From: the human T2T-CHM13v2.0 reference genome, Homo sapiens
DNA length: 64,000 bases
Direction: 5' to 3' (one strand)
Assembly (NCBI RefSeq): GCF_009914755.1
Contig: NC_060938.1
Shown piece by piece: positions 42,020-53,393 of the stretch; the first letter of the stretch is position 1; each line of letters opens with the position of its first letter. The translations under genes and the position numbers were made by a program. Below the pieces are notes generated by a model that was given only the letters and a program-made list of their open reading frames with translations, ran no database searches and was not told the DNA's origin.

Positions 42020-42240
42020 AGGTAGCACAGTGAAGGGTTTAAAGGCTTGCCCTTTTCAATTCAAGCTGGTTCAAGTGCTGATACCACCACTCCAAATTAT
42101 TTAACTTCTTTGGGTCTTAGTTTTTTAGTTAAACATGTTTAATAATAGCACTTACTTCATAGAATTATTGGGAAGGCTAAACGAGGTGACACTTGAAAAT
42201 TACCTGGCATAGGATTAGCACAATAAAAATTCATTTTTAA
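42020..42240 (+). mobile_element. MIR SINE
   Basis: tagcacagtgaagggtttaa...aataatagcacttacttcatagaattattgggaaggctaaacgag. Confidence 0.65.
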
Positions 42241-42413
42241 TATTGCTGGCCTCCATGTTTTGTTGCTTCTTAAGAGTAAACTTCACAAAAAGATTTTGAA
42301 AGATAAAATGTCCAATAGCAAGGGTTCCACAGAGAGGAATATCTGTGTTCATAGGCAGTTATTGCTTATAATGGCGAACCTTCGTTTTCCTGCCCCGCAA
42401 AATGGGCTTACTA

Positions 42414-42457
42414 TTAGCTTGGCGAAAAGTAATTGTGGCTTTGCAATTAAAAGTAAT
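42414..42457 (+). mobile_element. Half MADE1 (Hsmar1 MITE)
   Basis: TA + TTAGCTTGGCGAAAAGTAATTGTGGCTTTGCAATTAAAAGTAAT matches the MADE1 left arm and spacer; right arm absent. Confidence 0.8.
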
Positions 42458-42548
42458 TAATTTTTAATTAATAGCATAATGTTGGCCTCAGGATATAGGA
42501 GGTAAACGAGCCTGGTGGGGAGCAAGGAAGTGAGACAAGAACGGGAAA

Positions 42549-43486
42549 GATCAGTGATGTTGAGCTTTTTTTCATAGAATCGTTGGTCACATGTATGTTT
42601 TCTTTTGAAAATGTCTGTTCACATCCTTTGTCCACTTTTAAATGGAGTTTTTTTCTTATACATTTATTTAAGTTCCTTATAGATGCTGTATATTAGACTT
42701 TTATCATGCACAGTGTGCAAAAATTTTCTCCCCTTCTGTAGGTTGTCTGTTTATAGTTTCTCTTGCTGTACAGAAGTTCTTTAGTTTAATTAGATCCCAT
42801 TTGTCAATTTTTGCTTTTGTTGCAATTGCTTTCGGCATCTTCATCAGAATTGCTGTTATTAAAAAGTCAAAAAATAACAGATGCGGTGAGGTTGCAGAGA
42901 AAAAAGGAACACTTATACACTGTTGGTGAGAGTGAAATTAGTTCAACCATTGTGAGAGACAGTGTGGTAATTCCTCTAAGTCCTAAAGACAGAAATACCA
43001 TTTAACCCAGCAATCCCCTTACTGGGTTATACCCAGAGGAATATCAATCATTCTATTATAAAGACACATGCACACATATTTTTATTTCAGCAGTATTCAC
43101 AATAGTAAAGACATAGAATCAGCCTAAATGCACATCAATGATAGACTGGATAAAGAAGACATGGTACATATACACCATGGAGTACAATGCAGCCACAAAA
43201 AGAATGAGATCGTGTCTTTTGCAGGTACATGGATGGAAGTGGAGACCATTGTAAGTGAGAATTAAATGATGAGAACATATGGACACACAGAGGGGAACAA
43301 CACATACTGAGGTCTATCGGAGGGTGGAGGGTAGGAGGAGGGAGAGGATCAGGAAAAATAACTAACAGGTACTGGGCTTAATACCTCGGTAATGAAATAT
43401 CTGAACAATAAACTCCCATGATAGAAGTTTACCTATGTAACAAACCTGCACATGTACCCCTAAACTTGAAATAAAAGTTTAAAAAA
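42549..43486 (+). mobile_element. 5'-inverted (twin-primed) truncated L1PA13-15-like insertion
   Basis: 42549-42845 is antisense ORF2; 42846-43486 is sense ORF2 end and 3'UTR ending aataaaagtttaaaaaa. Confidence 0.9.
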
Positions 43487-44330
43487 TGACTGAGAAAGAA
43501 AAGCAACTTGTAAGAGAGAATGATCAATTAGATATCACTATGAGGTGATAGATGCTATAAACTGGACAAGGAACACTGATGCTAACAGGGGAAATTGGGT
43601 GGGAAACACCAGCCACATAGAGTATTCATTCCTCTCTTCAACATGCCAAACCCATATGTGATAAGTCATAGCATACAATTTATTCATAATCTCTTTGCAA
43701 ATTTATTATAAATATTTGTCCAATTCTAAAGAACATCTCACTTATAACATCTGTGTTTTTATTTTTCTAGTGAAGTAGTAAAGTCTTCCTCCCAGTGGAG
43801 GAGAGAGTAAAAGACAGTAATTATAGAGTTTTTATATAAGGCAGTTGATTCCAATATAATATAAACTCATAGGTCAAAAAAACCCCAAAAAGAATCAAAC
43901 CAAAATTCTTTTCCTCCAATCACTTTATAAAATAATCAAACCCGCCGTGTGTACTTTTCTTGCTAGTTGTTTAGTACAATCTTTGTATTTGTTTATTTAT
44001 TTACAAATTTGTTTTTTAATAGTATTTTAGGGGATATTTACCGTTTCAATTCAAAAATAAGGCATCTTGACTTATGGTTGGAAAGCTGAAAGACAGTAAA
44101 AAAGAAGATAAGTCTAGGTTGTAATGTTGCTGATGTGTAGAACATTATAAATGACAAATATCAGACTTCAGTGAAAGGCAATAGTGTAAATGTACTAATT
44201 TTCCCATTTTTATCATAGGAGGTCTACAGCTACTGACTCATATTGAAATATATGAAAACTCATATGCAAACACATACCAAACAAAAGCAATAATCCCCAT
44301 AATGTGTTATATATATATTTCATTTTAGAG

Positions 44331-44835
44331 CAGTTAGTTGAAAAGTACAGCCTATGAACCAAATCTGTTCTACCACCAGGTTTTTATAATAAACAAAGTT
44401 TTTTTTTTGAAACGGAGTCTCGCTCTGTCACCCAGGCTGGAGTGCAGTGGTGCAATCTCGGCTCACTGCAAGCTCTGCCTCCCGGGTTCATGCCATTCTC
44501 CTGCCTCAGCCTCCCGAGGACTACAGGCGCCCGCTACCACGCCCGGTTAATTTTTTTTCTTGTATTTTTAGTAGAGATGAGGTTTCACTGTGCTAGCCAG
44601 GATGGCCTTGATCTCCTGATCTCGTGATCTGCCCGCCTCGGCCTGCCAAAGTGCTGGGATTACAGGCGTGAGCCACCACGCCCGGCCATAAATAAAGTTT
44701 TGTTAAAACAGATTTACACCGATTCCTTTGTGTCTGTGGCACTACAATGCATAAAGCACTTGAATAATTATAACAGAGACTGTCAGGGGCCTGCAAAGCT
44801 AAAAATAATTACTATCTGTTCCTTCACTGACCCTG
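44331..44835 (+). mobile_element. MER58A hAT-Charlie MITE split by AluY
   Basis: CAG...ccaaatctg...ataaataaagtttt...cctgcaaagctaaaaataattactatctg...gaccctg. Confidence 0.8.
44403..44687 (-). mobile_element. AluY
   Basis: gcaagctctgcc, ttcatgccattct and caggcgcccgc diagnostics; TSD ATAAAYAAAGTTTT at 44389-44402 and 44688-44701; ~7-bp internal deletion near 44518. Confidence 0.96.
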
Positions 44836-46499
44836 TTTCAGAAGAATATTTTAGAAAGACTATCATTTACCAAGAATTATAAAATTTTCAATCACTTTAG
44901 TTTCACTTCAGTTACATTTTTATTTTGTTATAGTCAAGTGAATATTATGCTTTTAGTATAAATTTAAATATGAAATTGTGAAAAGATACATCAGATGATA
45001 TACATTAGTTCTACCTGCACTAGAGAAAATGAATGTGCAGAATATTTAGCAAAAACAGTCAGATGAATTGGATTTCTGTTGGGCTTTCTACTCTCTTTGT
45101 CCAGGTATGTCTTCTGTTTTTCTGGAAATAACACCTTATATAAACTTGGTGGCCAAGCCACCCTAGGTATTGTTGGAACAGAAAAACTTTCTTTACGACT
45201 GCTCATATATTTGCTGCCTCTCTCTTTCTCAATGATTTGAGCGCTGTTTTCCAAGTGGAAGAAAATGAAATCTAGAATTTTCCTGATTTGAAACCCTGAT
45301 TATATTACTCTGTCTCAGCCATGTTATAGGCCTAATAATTCCCAAAATTCCTGTTGAATTCTGCCTCCAAATAAATGACCTTCTTTTTAGGATTGATAGA
45401 AAGCCTCTTTCACTTTTTATTTTATATTTTATTTTAATCAATCAATCACTTGCTGAAACCCAGATAAACTAATCAGCATGTCATTTTATGTTGTAGTTGT
45501 AAATGCCACAATATATAGTGGAAAATTAGAAAATTTAATTTGAAATGTTTTAAGCGAAATGAAACGCCTATATTTCCTTTTCAAACCTTTTTTTGTTTCT
45601 TGTTTTTTTATCCAATTGTATAAAATTTGTATGTAGATTTAGAAATAATAAAAAATATGTTATTATGTAGAAGAGTATAATGGGCTTGATACATTTTTTA
45701 AAATCTCAGAAAATAAATGATTTAACGTATTTAGAAAGAAAATAGCTGAAATAACTAATCGTTTTAATAATTTTTAAAATTCATTTGTTACTCTCAGGTT
45801 AGAGTACCTATATTATGTTCTATACTCCCCGTGGTTAAAAAAATGAGACTATTAATGGATGCAAATAGATTAAAAATAAAAAGTTAGGATTAATACACGT
45901 TATTCAATTTTTATGCACACTAGAGCACAATGCAAACAATTTAGAATAGATTTACTTTTGACAATTATTTCAATAATTATCAAAAACACATACAAATATT
46001 TTAAAGGCAAACTTCTCCCCTTACCTTAAGATAGTAAACCTTGGGTTTTCCAAAAGTATTTGAGATGAGAAATAAAATACAGAAATTGATAAATGGTTTC
46101 CTATCATAGACATTGTTATATATGTATGCTTACACTGTAGTAGAAGACTGATTAAATGGGTAACTTGCTCTGAGTACAAAAGGTGAATTTTCTGCTACAG
46201 AATTCCTACATATAAACATGTGGCTACCTCATGATAATCTACCCTTAAAGACACAGCAAGGTAACATTAAGAAAACAACTGTGCTGGTTGCCAGGGACAT
46301 TTTCCACTTAGTTGATAGTGGTGAAGTGGTTGCTAGACAACTCAAGTGTTACATTTGTTCTAATGCTATTGTGCTTGGAGAGTCACAGATACTTAACCAC
46401 ATAGGATGGGACAGAAGGGGTTCTGTTAGCAAACCAATCATCTGTAAAATAGTTGACATTAGAAATGTATAAAAAATCTAGTTGCAAATGGTCAGATAT

Positions 46500-48390
46500 T
46501 TTATATATTTACTTCACTTCTTCCTTATGTAATAAGTAAAATTTACATCAGGAAAGAGTGCAGCAATTTTAAGCTTTTGACTCAAGGGATAGATACTTAA
46601 GTATATACATACCCATTTTACTACCCAAGATGAAGATATATGATATTTTCAGTACCTAGGAGGGATCCCTTATACTTCTTTCCATATCAATACCTCCCTA
46701 AAGGAACCAGTATTTTAACTTCTATTGCCATACATTCATTATGCTCATTCTTGAAATGTGTACATATAAAAGCATATTGTATAGAATTTTTTGCATCTGG
46801 CTTCTTTTGTTCAATATAGTGCCTTTAAGATGCAGTTATTACATCTATCTGCATGTTGCCTTATTTTATTTTCTTCTTAAAATTGCATAATAGAACATTT
46901 ATATACACTGAAATTTATTTATACATTCTGTTATTTGTGAATACTTGCACTGCTTCAAATTTAGGTTATTTAAGTAAAGCTTCTAGGTACATTCTGGTAT
47001 ATGTCTTTTTATAAGCAAATACATGACTTTCTCTTGGGTGCTTATTTAGGAGTAAAATTACTCTTATAAATACTACCAGTTTTCCATAGCTGTTTTACTA
47101 TCTTATACTGCTACCAGCAATGCAGCAGAGGTCCATAACCTTGACAACACTTGGAATTGTCAGTCTTTAATTTTAGTAATTCTAGTGCATGTGGGGGTTT
47201 TAATGTGTATTTTTCTGATAAGTAATGCCGTTGAGCACTTTGTTCATGTGATTACTATTTGGAGATGCTCTTTTGTAAAGGTAATTTTCAAGTGCTCTGT
47301 TCATTTTTTATTGGTTGTTTACATTTTTAAAAATTGATAGCTTAAATTGCAAATATGTGGGGATCTTCTCTTTACCTTTCTGTTATTGATCTCCAGTTCT
47401 GTTTTATTGCCACTTACTAAAAAACAATTTATATTGAAAATCCTTTGATATTTGTTGATATTTGCCTTTTATATTTCTTGATATTAACCCAACATATGAC
47501 CTGTTTTATTAAACATTTTGTGTGCACTTCAGAAGAATGTGTATTCGGTAGTTATTGAGTATAACGTTCTCAAAAGCAATGAAATTGAGTGGGCTAATGC
47601 AACTATTCAAATCTTCTATATCTTTGATGATTTGTATCTGCTTCTTCCATCATTTATTAAGAGAAGTTAATTAAAATATCCAACTACACTTGTAGCTTTT
47701 TCTATTGTCTTTATTTCTGTAAAATGTTGATTTTTACATTTTAAAGAAATATTATTAGTCAATACATATTTTCAACATTGTAGTCTTCCTTTTTAATTTA
47801 TTCCTTTCTAAAATGAAACATCTCTATCTTTAATCAGATTTCTTCCCTTTGTGTCTTCTTTGCCTGATATTAAGAAAGCCACGGTGGTTTTCTTTTGATT
47901 AGCATGTTTCTGTTGTTTACTTTCTACCTGCGTCTTTCTGTTTACAATGAATCTTTTTTAAAATTATAGAAGTGGGCTTGTTTTTTTTCTTTTTAACAAT
48001 CTGACAATATTTTCTTTTAGCTAGACTATTTAGTCTATTTCTGTTTAATACAGTGACAGATAGACTTGGTTTACCTCATCTTGTCCTTATTTATCTATCC
48101 TTTACTGCCTTCTGTTAAATTATCAAATATGTTTACAGTCTATTTTACTGCTTTTGTTTTAGTTATACCATAGGGTTTTTTTTTCAGTATGCCTTTTTGG
48201 TTGCTCTAAACACTATAATATGCAACCTAAATGTATTAAATTCTACATCAAATTAGTGCTATATTACTCTCAGTGCAACATGTAATTACTATTTACCTGT
48301 CTCTTATGATACATGTTATTATCATATATTTTTCTCTATTCATAGTATGACCATCATATGACATAGTTATTGTTTTTGCTTTAAATAGTC
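46500..48390 (-). mobile_element. Old L1M (L1ME/MC-like) fragments
   Basis: T-rich antisense L1 motifs (ccagcaatgc..., gaagaatgtgtattc, ttcaaatcttctatatc). Confidence 0.65.
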
Positions 48391-48406
48391 TGTGGTATAT
48401 TAGTAC

Positions 48407-48620
48407 TGTATCAACAAGCTAAGTTGGAACTACATTTTCTAAAATTTTATTTCCTATATGGTTTCAGGTTAGGCTTGGCCACAAGAGAATCTTGTGTGAT
48501 ATTGAAAATGTGGATGTGAAGCAGCAGCCATGATTCTGAGGTTGGTTAAGTGTCCTGGATGCTGCTGGAGCATGCATCCCTTGTGGCTAACCTACTGGGT
48601 CACATTGTGGCATGGAGACT
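48407..48620. mobile_element. Possible old ERVL-class LTR fragment
   Basis: ggaactacattttc motif and GC shift; family uncertain. Confidence 0.35.
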
Positions 48621-49272
48621 TGTAATACAAAAATATTTATCTTGAGAGTTTAGCATTAATGTCTAGCTACCAATATAAACGTTATCTAAATTTAAAGAAC
48701 TAATTTTTCACACATTTTGAAACATAATTCAGCAACAAGTATAAAAGGAATCACCTACAGATTATACACATTCTCAATATTTTAATCAGGTCAGCTGTAA
48801 ACACTTGCAAAGTGCATATAAAATTGAGTGCACCCAAATACAAGTGGATATTGAGTCCTGACACCATATGAACTATATGGAGATTGGATTATAAAATAAG
48901 AGTGATACCTTCCATTAATGAAAACACCATTTTGATTTGATATGTAGTGCCCATACAATTATGGGCTCGGTTGAACATTGAACATTGACCCAGGTATTTA
49001 GGCATATAATATCTATTTAGAAGGATAAATAACTTGTAAATTCATTATAACCAATCTGTTTCAGTAGAAAGTATCATCTCCACCCTTTAATAGTCATCCG
49101 ACATATTATACATTTATTTATTTATTTTTTGTTTTCCTTCACTAGAATGTAAGCTTCCTGGGAATCTATTTAATTACTGCCATATACTGCTATTTGTTTA
49201 ATGCTTTGTGCATTGCAATTGTTTAATTTTTTTTAATGAATAGACAAAACTCTATTAAGGATTTCAAAGGTG

Positions 49273-49622
49273 TGTTATGGATCGAGTGTTTTTGTTCCCC
49301 TAAAATTCATATGCTGAAGTCCTAACCCACAATGTAATGGTAGGGGGTGGGGCTTTTGGTAGACAATTGCATCATGAGGGTACAGCCCTCATGAATGGAT
49401 TACTGTCCCTATAAAACAGACTCCAGAGAGCTCTGTTGCTCTGTTCAATATGTGAGGGCACAAAAAGTTGGCCCTCTGCAACCTAGAAGAGAAGGTTTAC
49501 CAGAACTTCTGCACTGTGATCTCAGATTTCCTAATTCCAGTACTGTGAGAAATACATTTCTGTTGTTCATAAGCCATTCAGTCTATGGTGTTTCATTATA
49601 GAAACCCGAACTGACTAAGACA
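49273..49622 (+). mobile_element. MLT1A-like MaLR solo LTR
   Basis: TGTTATGG...gactaagaca; TSD aggtg/atgtg. Confidence 0.9.
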
Positions 49623-50008
49623 ATGTGTTTAGTAGATTCTACTAATAAAAATTATTCTTAGACCTGAGCTGACAGTGCAACCACCATTACAAATTTGGCA
49701 GTTGCTGTACTATGTGAGAAAAAGAGAGTTCTAGAGGAGTTTTAATTGGCAGTTAAATGCCAGAACTATAGCATGGCTCAACTCAACCACGAGGAGACCA
49801 ATAATACCGATCCTATAATTTTTGTGGAAAGTGGGCCAACTGATAATACCTGGAAAACAGCATGAAGAGCTACTCTACTGCATATACACTTTGGGATATA
49901 AATACTTAATTTTCTGTAAGTTTTTGAAGATATTAAACATTTTCCAATACCTTTCCAATGGCAACACAGTATCATATAATATATGTAATGTAATATCACA
50001 TGTCATAT

Positions 50009-50010
<2 letters not shown>

Positions 50011-50044
<34 letters not shown>
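50011..50044. repeat. (AT)17 microsatellite
   Basis: Direct reading. Confidence 0.98.
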
Positions 50045-50046
<2 letters not shown>

Positions 50047-50092
50047 CAATTATTTCCCTAGCATTTGTTTGCTAAAAAATTTTTTCACTTCA

Positions 50093-50383
<291 letters not shown>

Positions 50384-51071
50384 TTAAATCACACTGAAAT
50401 AAATGTTTTGTGCATAAATCTCGGCCCATATTTCATATTAACAATTAAGAAAAAAGTAAATAGAAATTTCCCTATGAAAGAACTATTAGGATATTTTTAT
50501 GATGATTTTGAGTGCCATAATATTACCTAGCTCCATATTTATTTTTATTGGTTTATCTCTGCCACAGGACTGCAAAGAAGGATGACAGATTAGTTATTTA
50601 TCTGAAACTCTTTAGATGTGAATTCTATGAATTTAATTCAAATAGCTAAAATTCCAAGTATCATTAAGGAAAAAATGATAATTTATTTGGTATATCATCT
50701 TTCTAAAATTTGTTATTCATCTCTTAGTTTATTTTGTGCTGTTTAACAAAATATCTGACACTGCATAATTTCTAAAGACCAGAAATTTACTGTCTCACAG
50801 TTCTGAAGGCTGGGAAGTCCAAGATCAAAGTGCTAGCAAACTCAATGCCTGCTGAGGGCTGCTCTCTGCTTCCAAGGTGGTACCTTGTTGCTGCATTCTC
50901 TGGAGGGCAGGAATGCTGTATCCTCACATGGCAGAAGAGCAGAAGATTAAGTGGGCCCAGTGTTGTGTGAAGCCTTTTATAACGACCTTAATCCCATTCA
51001 TGGGGGAGGAGCCCTCATGACCAAATCAATTCTTAAAGACCCCCATCTCTATCACATTGGTCATTAAGTTT

Positions 51072-51547
51072 TGTGAAGGCTAAAGCAACTCCATCTTTGA
51101 TGCTAATCTGCTATGTTAACTTCTGATTAACGCTTGTTCTGGGAATGCCTCTAAGACTTCCAGTGTATCTATTGTTCCTTGTGTAAGTGCACTTACTTAT
51201 GAGAAATCCTGTCCTCAGGTCAAATGATCTTGATGTTACCCTAAGTCTTGCCCTTAAGCAATTGTCCTACTTATCCCTTCTGAATCACTTATACCCCTTC
51301 CCTGTGGTATAGAAGCCGTAGGTCGGCTGGGCTTCTATACCACAGGGAAAGGGTGTACGTGATTCCCAGGTATAATGGCATGGGAATCCACTATCTTGTC
51401 TCTCTGCCACTCAAGACATAAATGTATGTTTTGTTTGTATGTCCCTGTTAAATGCTTATTTCTCAGAAACTGGATATACCAGCCTCTTTCTTTGACCTCT
51501 CAGCTCCCCCTGGATTTTGGGGGCAGGTTTGCATAGATGTGCCTACG
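51072..51547 (+). mobile_element. LTR47A-like ERVL solo LTR
   Basis: TGTGAAGGCTAAAGCAACTCCATCTTTGATGCTAATC start; perfect 5-bp TSD AGTTT at 51067-51071 and 51548-51552. Confidence 0.8.
51282..51365. repeat. 84-bp inverted duplication (36-bp arms, 12-nt loop)
   Basis: GAATCACTTATACCCCTTCCCTGTGGTATAGAAGCC versus the reverse complement of 51330-51365: 33/36 identical. Confidence 0.95.
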
Positions 51548-51609
51548 AGTTTCAACACCTGAATTTGGAAGGGGGCACATTCAAACCATAGGAACATCTT
51601 TTCTTTAAA

Positions 51610-51790
51610 GGGGTGGGGGGAGGGGGGAGGGATAGCCTTAGGAGATATACTTAATGCTAAATGACGAGTTAATGGGTGCAGCACACCAACATGGCACATG
51701 TATACATATGTAACAAACCTGCACGTTGTGCACATGTACCCTAAAACTTAAAGGATAATAATAATTAAAAAATTAAAATTAAAATAAAAA
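51610..51790 (+). mobile_element. Short 5'-truncated young L1PA (L1PA3/4-like) 3' end
   Basis: G-rich tract then aatgctaaatgacgagttaatgggtgcagcacaccaacatgg and A-rich tail. Confidence 0.93.
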
Positions 51791-52639
51791 AGGAGTATAA
51801 GGGGCATATACTTTCATCCTCTTAATGACTTGGGTTATCATTATGAAGATAAATGTGTTTCTCTTATTTTAATATGGTTAAAAATAGACCTTTTGGGGAG
51901 ATAGCCAGCACTGGGCACTTTTACATCTAGTTACCTTGGAATATTGGACAAACGACTTAACCTTTGTTTGAATCTCAATTTTCTTTTCTGTAAAATGGAG
52001 ACAATAATATTACTACAAGCAACTGACGCAGGGATTAGAAATCATACAGGGGAAAGGCATAAAATCACAGCAGGCCCAGTGTTGATGATAGCAAATGCCA
52101 GCTATGAAAATGATGTTACATTTGAAAACTACCGAGGCATGAAACTGTTCTTCCTTGCAGTAAATGTTAACAGTATTTTGCAACTTTAACTGGCATGTTA
52201 GTGGACATGTGTGTGAGTGTGTACATGTCTGTGTGTATGTACATGTCTGTGTGTATGTAAATATGTGTTTATGTACATGTTAGTGTATATATTTCCACAC
52301 TTGCTGTTAGTAACTATCCTTCTTCTGGATTCTAGCACCATTTAAGTAGCCTCTCCTGGTGTAATTTATTATATTTAATCAACGGAAAGTTTGGAAACCA
52401 GAAAGTCCTTTAGCAGTATTGACTTGAGGCTAAGTCCTTTAAGTAAAGTCAATAAACTCTAATGCTTTTGTTTTCCCACACTGACTTTATTTGTTAAGGG
52501 GCCTTTTTACTCCATTTTTATGCTACTGATTGTATTTTGAATAAGTGAGGTTGCAAGATTGCTAGGTTTCCAATAAATAAATGACATTAAACTGTAAATA
52601 TTGTAATATGAGAATTTGTTCATTTGATTTTAGTATTTA

Positions 52640-52882
52640 TTTTTAAAACCACTTTGTTGAGATGACTAACATATAAAAAGCTGTACCTATTTAATGTATA
52701 CAATTTGATAAGTACATGCCTGTGAAACCATCACCACCATCAAAGCCGTAAACATATTCATCATCTTCCAAAGTTTCCTCCCAGCCCCTTTATTTATATT
52801 CTTATTTTTGAAGGTAAGAACACTTAACATAAGATCTACTTTCTTAGTAAATTTTAAGCATATGGTACAGTAATTGCTATAG
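52640..52882 (-). mobile_element. L1MA9-L1MB2-like 3'UTR fragment
   Basis: cctgtgaaaccatcaccaccatcaa...gtaagaacacttaacataagatctac. Confidence 0.8.
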
Positions 52883-53258
52883 GGTATTTATTCTTCAGCC
52901 CCTGAAAAACCGGTGTTCTACTAAAAGTTATTTGTCTCTAACTTATCTCAACCCTTCAGACCAAGATTTAAAAAATTAAGTAGAGGAGTGTATTCACCAA
53001 TCTTCTGAAGATTTCAGAGTCATGTTTCTGGAAAGATCTAACTCTTCATTTACTGCCTTTATTACTTACTTCCTTAAAGTTTCACACCAGTGAACATTTT
53101 CAGATAATAATGTCTGTTTTACCAGGAAAAGACTGGTAAATTCTAGTTGATTTTTGAGCTCTCAGCTCAAGGTCCCTCTCCAAAGCAGTGTGTGGGGCCT
53201 GGGGACTGCCCAACCAGGAGAGGAAGCAGTAGCCACTTATCTTCCAGCACTGGAGAAG

Positions 53259-53393
53259 CAGGACCAGCTACATAATTTGCGGAGTCCAGTGAAAAATGAA
53301 AATGAGGGATTCCTTGTTCAAACGTATGAAAGATTTCAATATAGGGACAGTAGAGCATTAAATCAAGCACTGTTGCCCTGAAGGCTGGCCTTG
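53259..53393 (-). mobile_element. MER45A hAT-Tip100 MITE
   Basis: CAGGACCAGCTACATAATTTGCGGAGTCCAGTGAAAAATGAAAATG...agagcattaaatcaagc. Confidence 0.8.

Larger units (their letters stand above)
50718..51593 (-). mobile_element. MST (C/D-like) MaLR LTR interrupted by an LTR47-like LTR
   Basis: tcacagttctgaaggctgggaagtccaagatc...cattaagttt | gtttcaacacctgaatttgg...ttcaaaccatag. Confidence 0.85.

Noticed and set aside
35815-43260. Idea that the orphan L1 fragment at 35815 was excised from the gap in the L1 at ~43250
   Set aside because: The overlap is only partial, and the shared part differs in subfamily type (gggagttgaacaatgaga versus gagaattaaatgatgaga)
44991-45254. Protein-looking minus-strand ORF (also 1633-1845 and 4013-4210) as coding exons
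   Set aside because: No recognised homology and no convincing paired splice sites; cannot be supported without a database search
32616-45866. Several octamer motifs (ATGCAAAT/ATTTGCAT) as a POU-factor cluster
   Set aside because: About 4-5 are expected by chance in 64 kb at this base composition
49372-49393. CATGAGGG...CCCTCATG palindrome
   Set aside because: Intrinsic feature of the MLT1A consensus as I recall it
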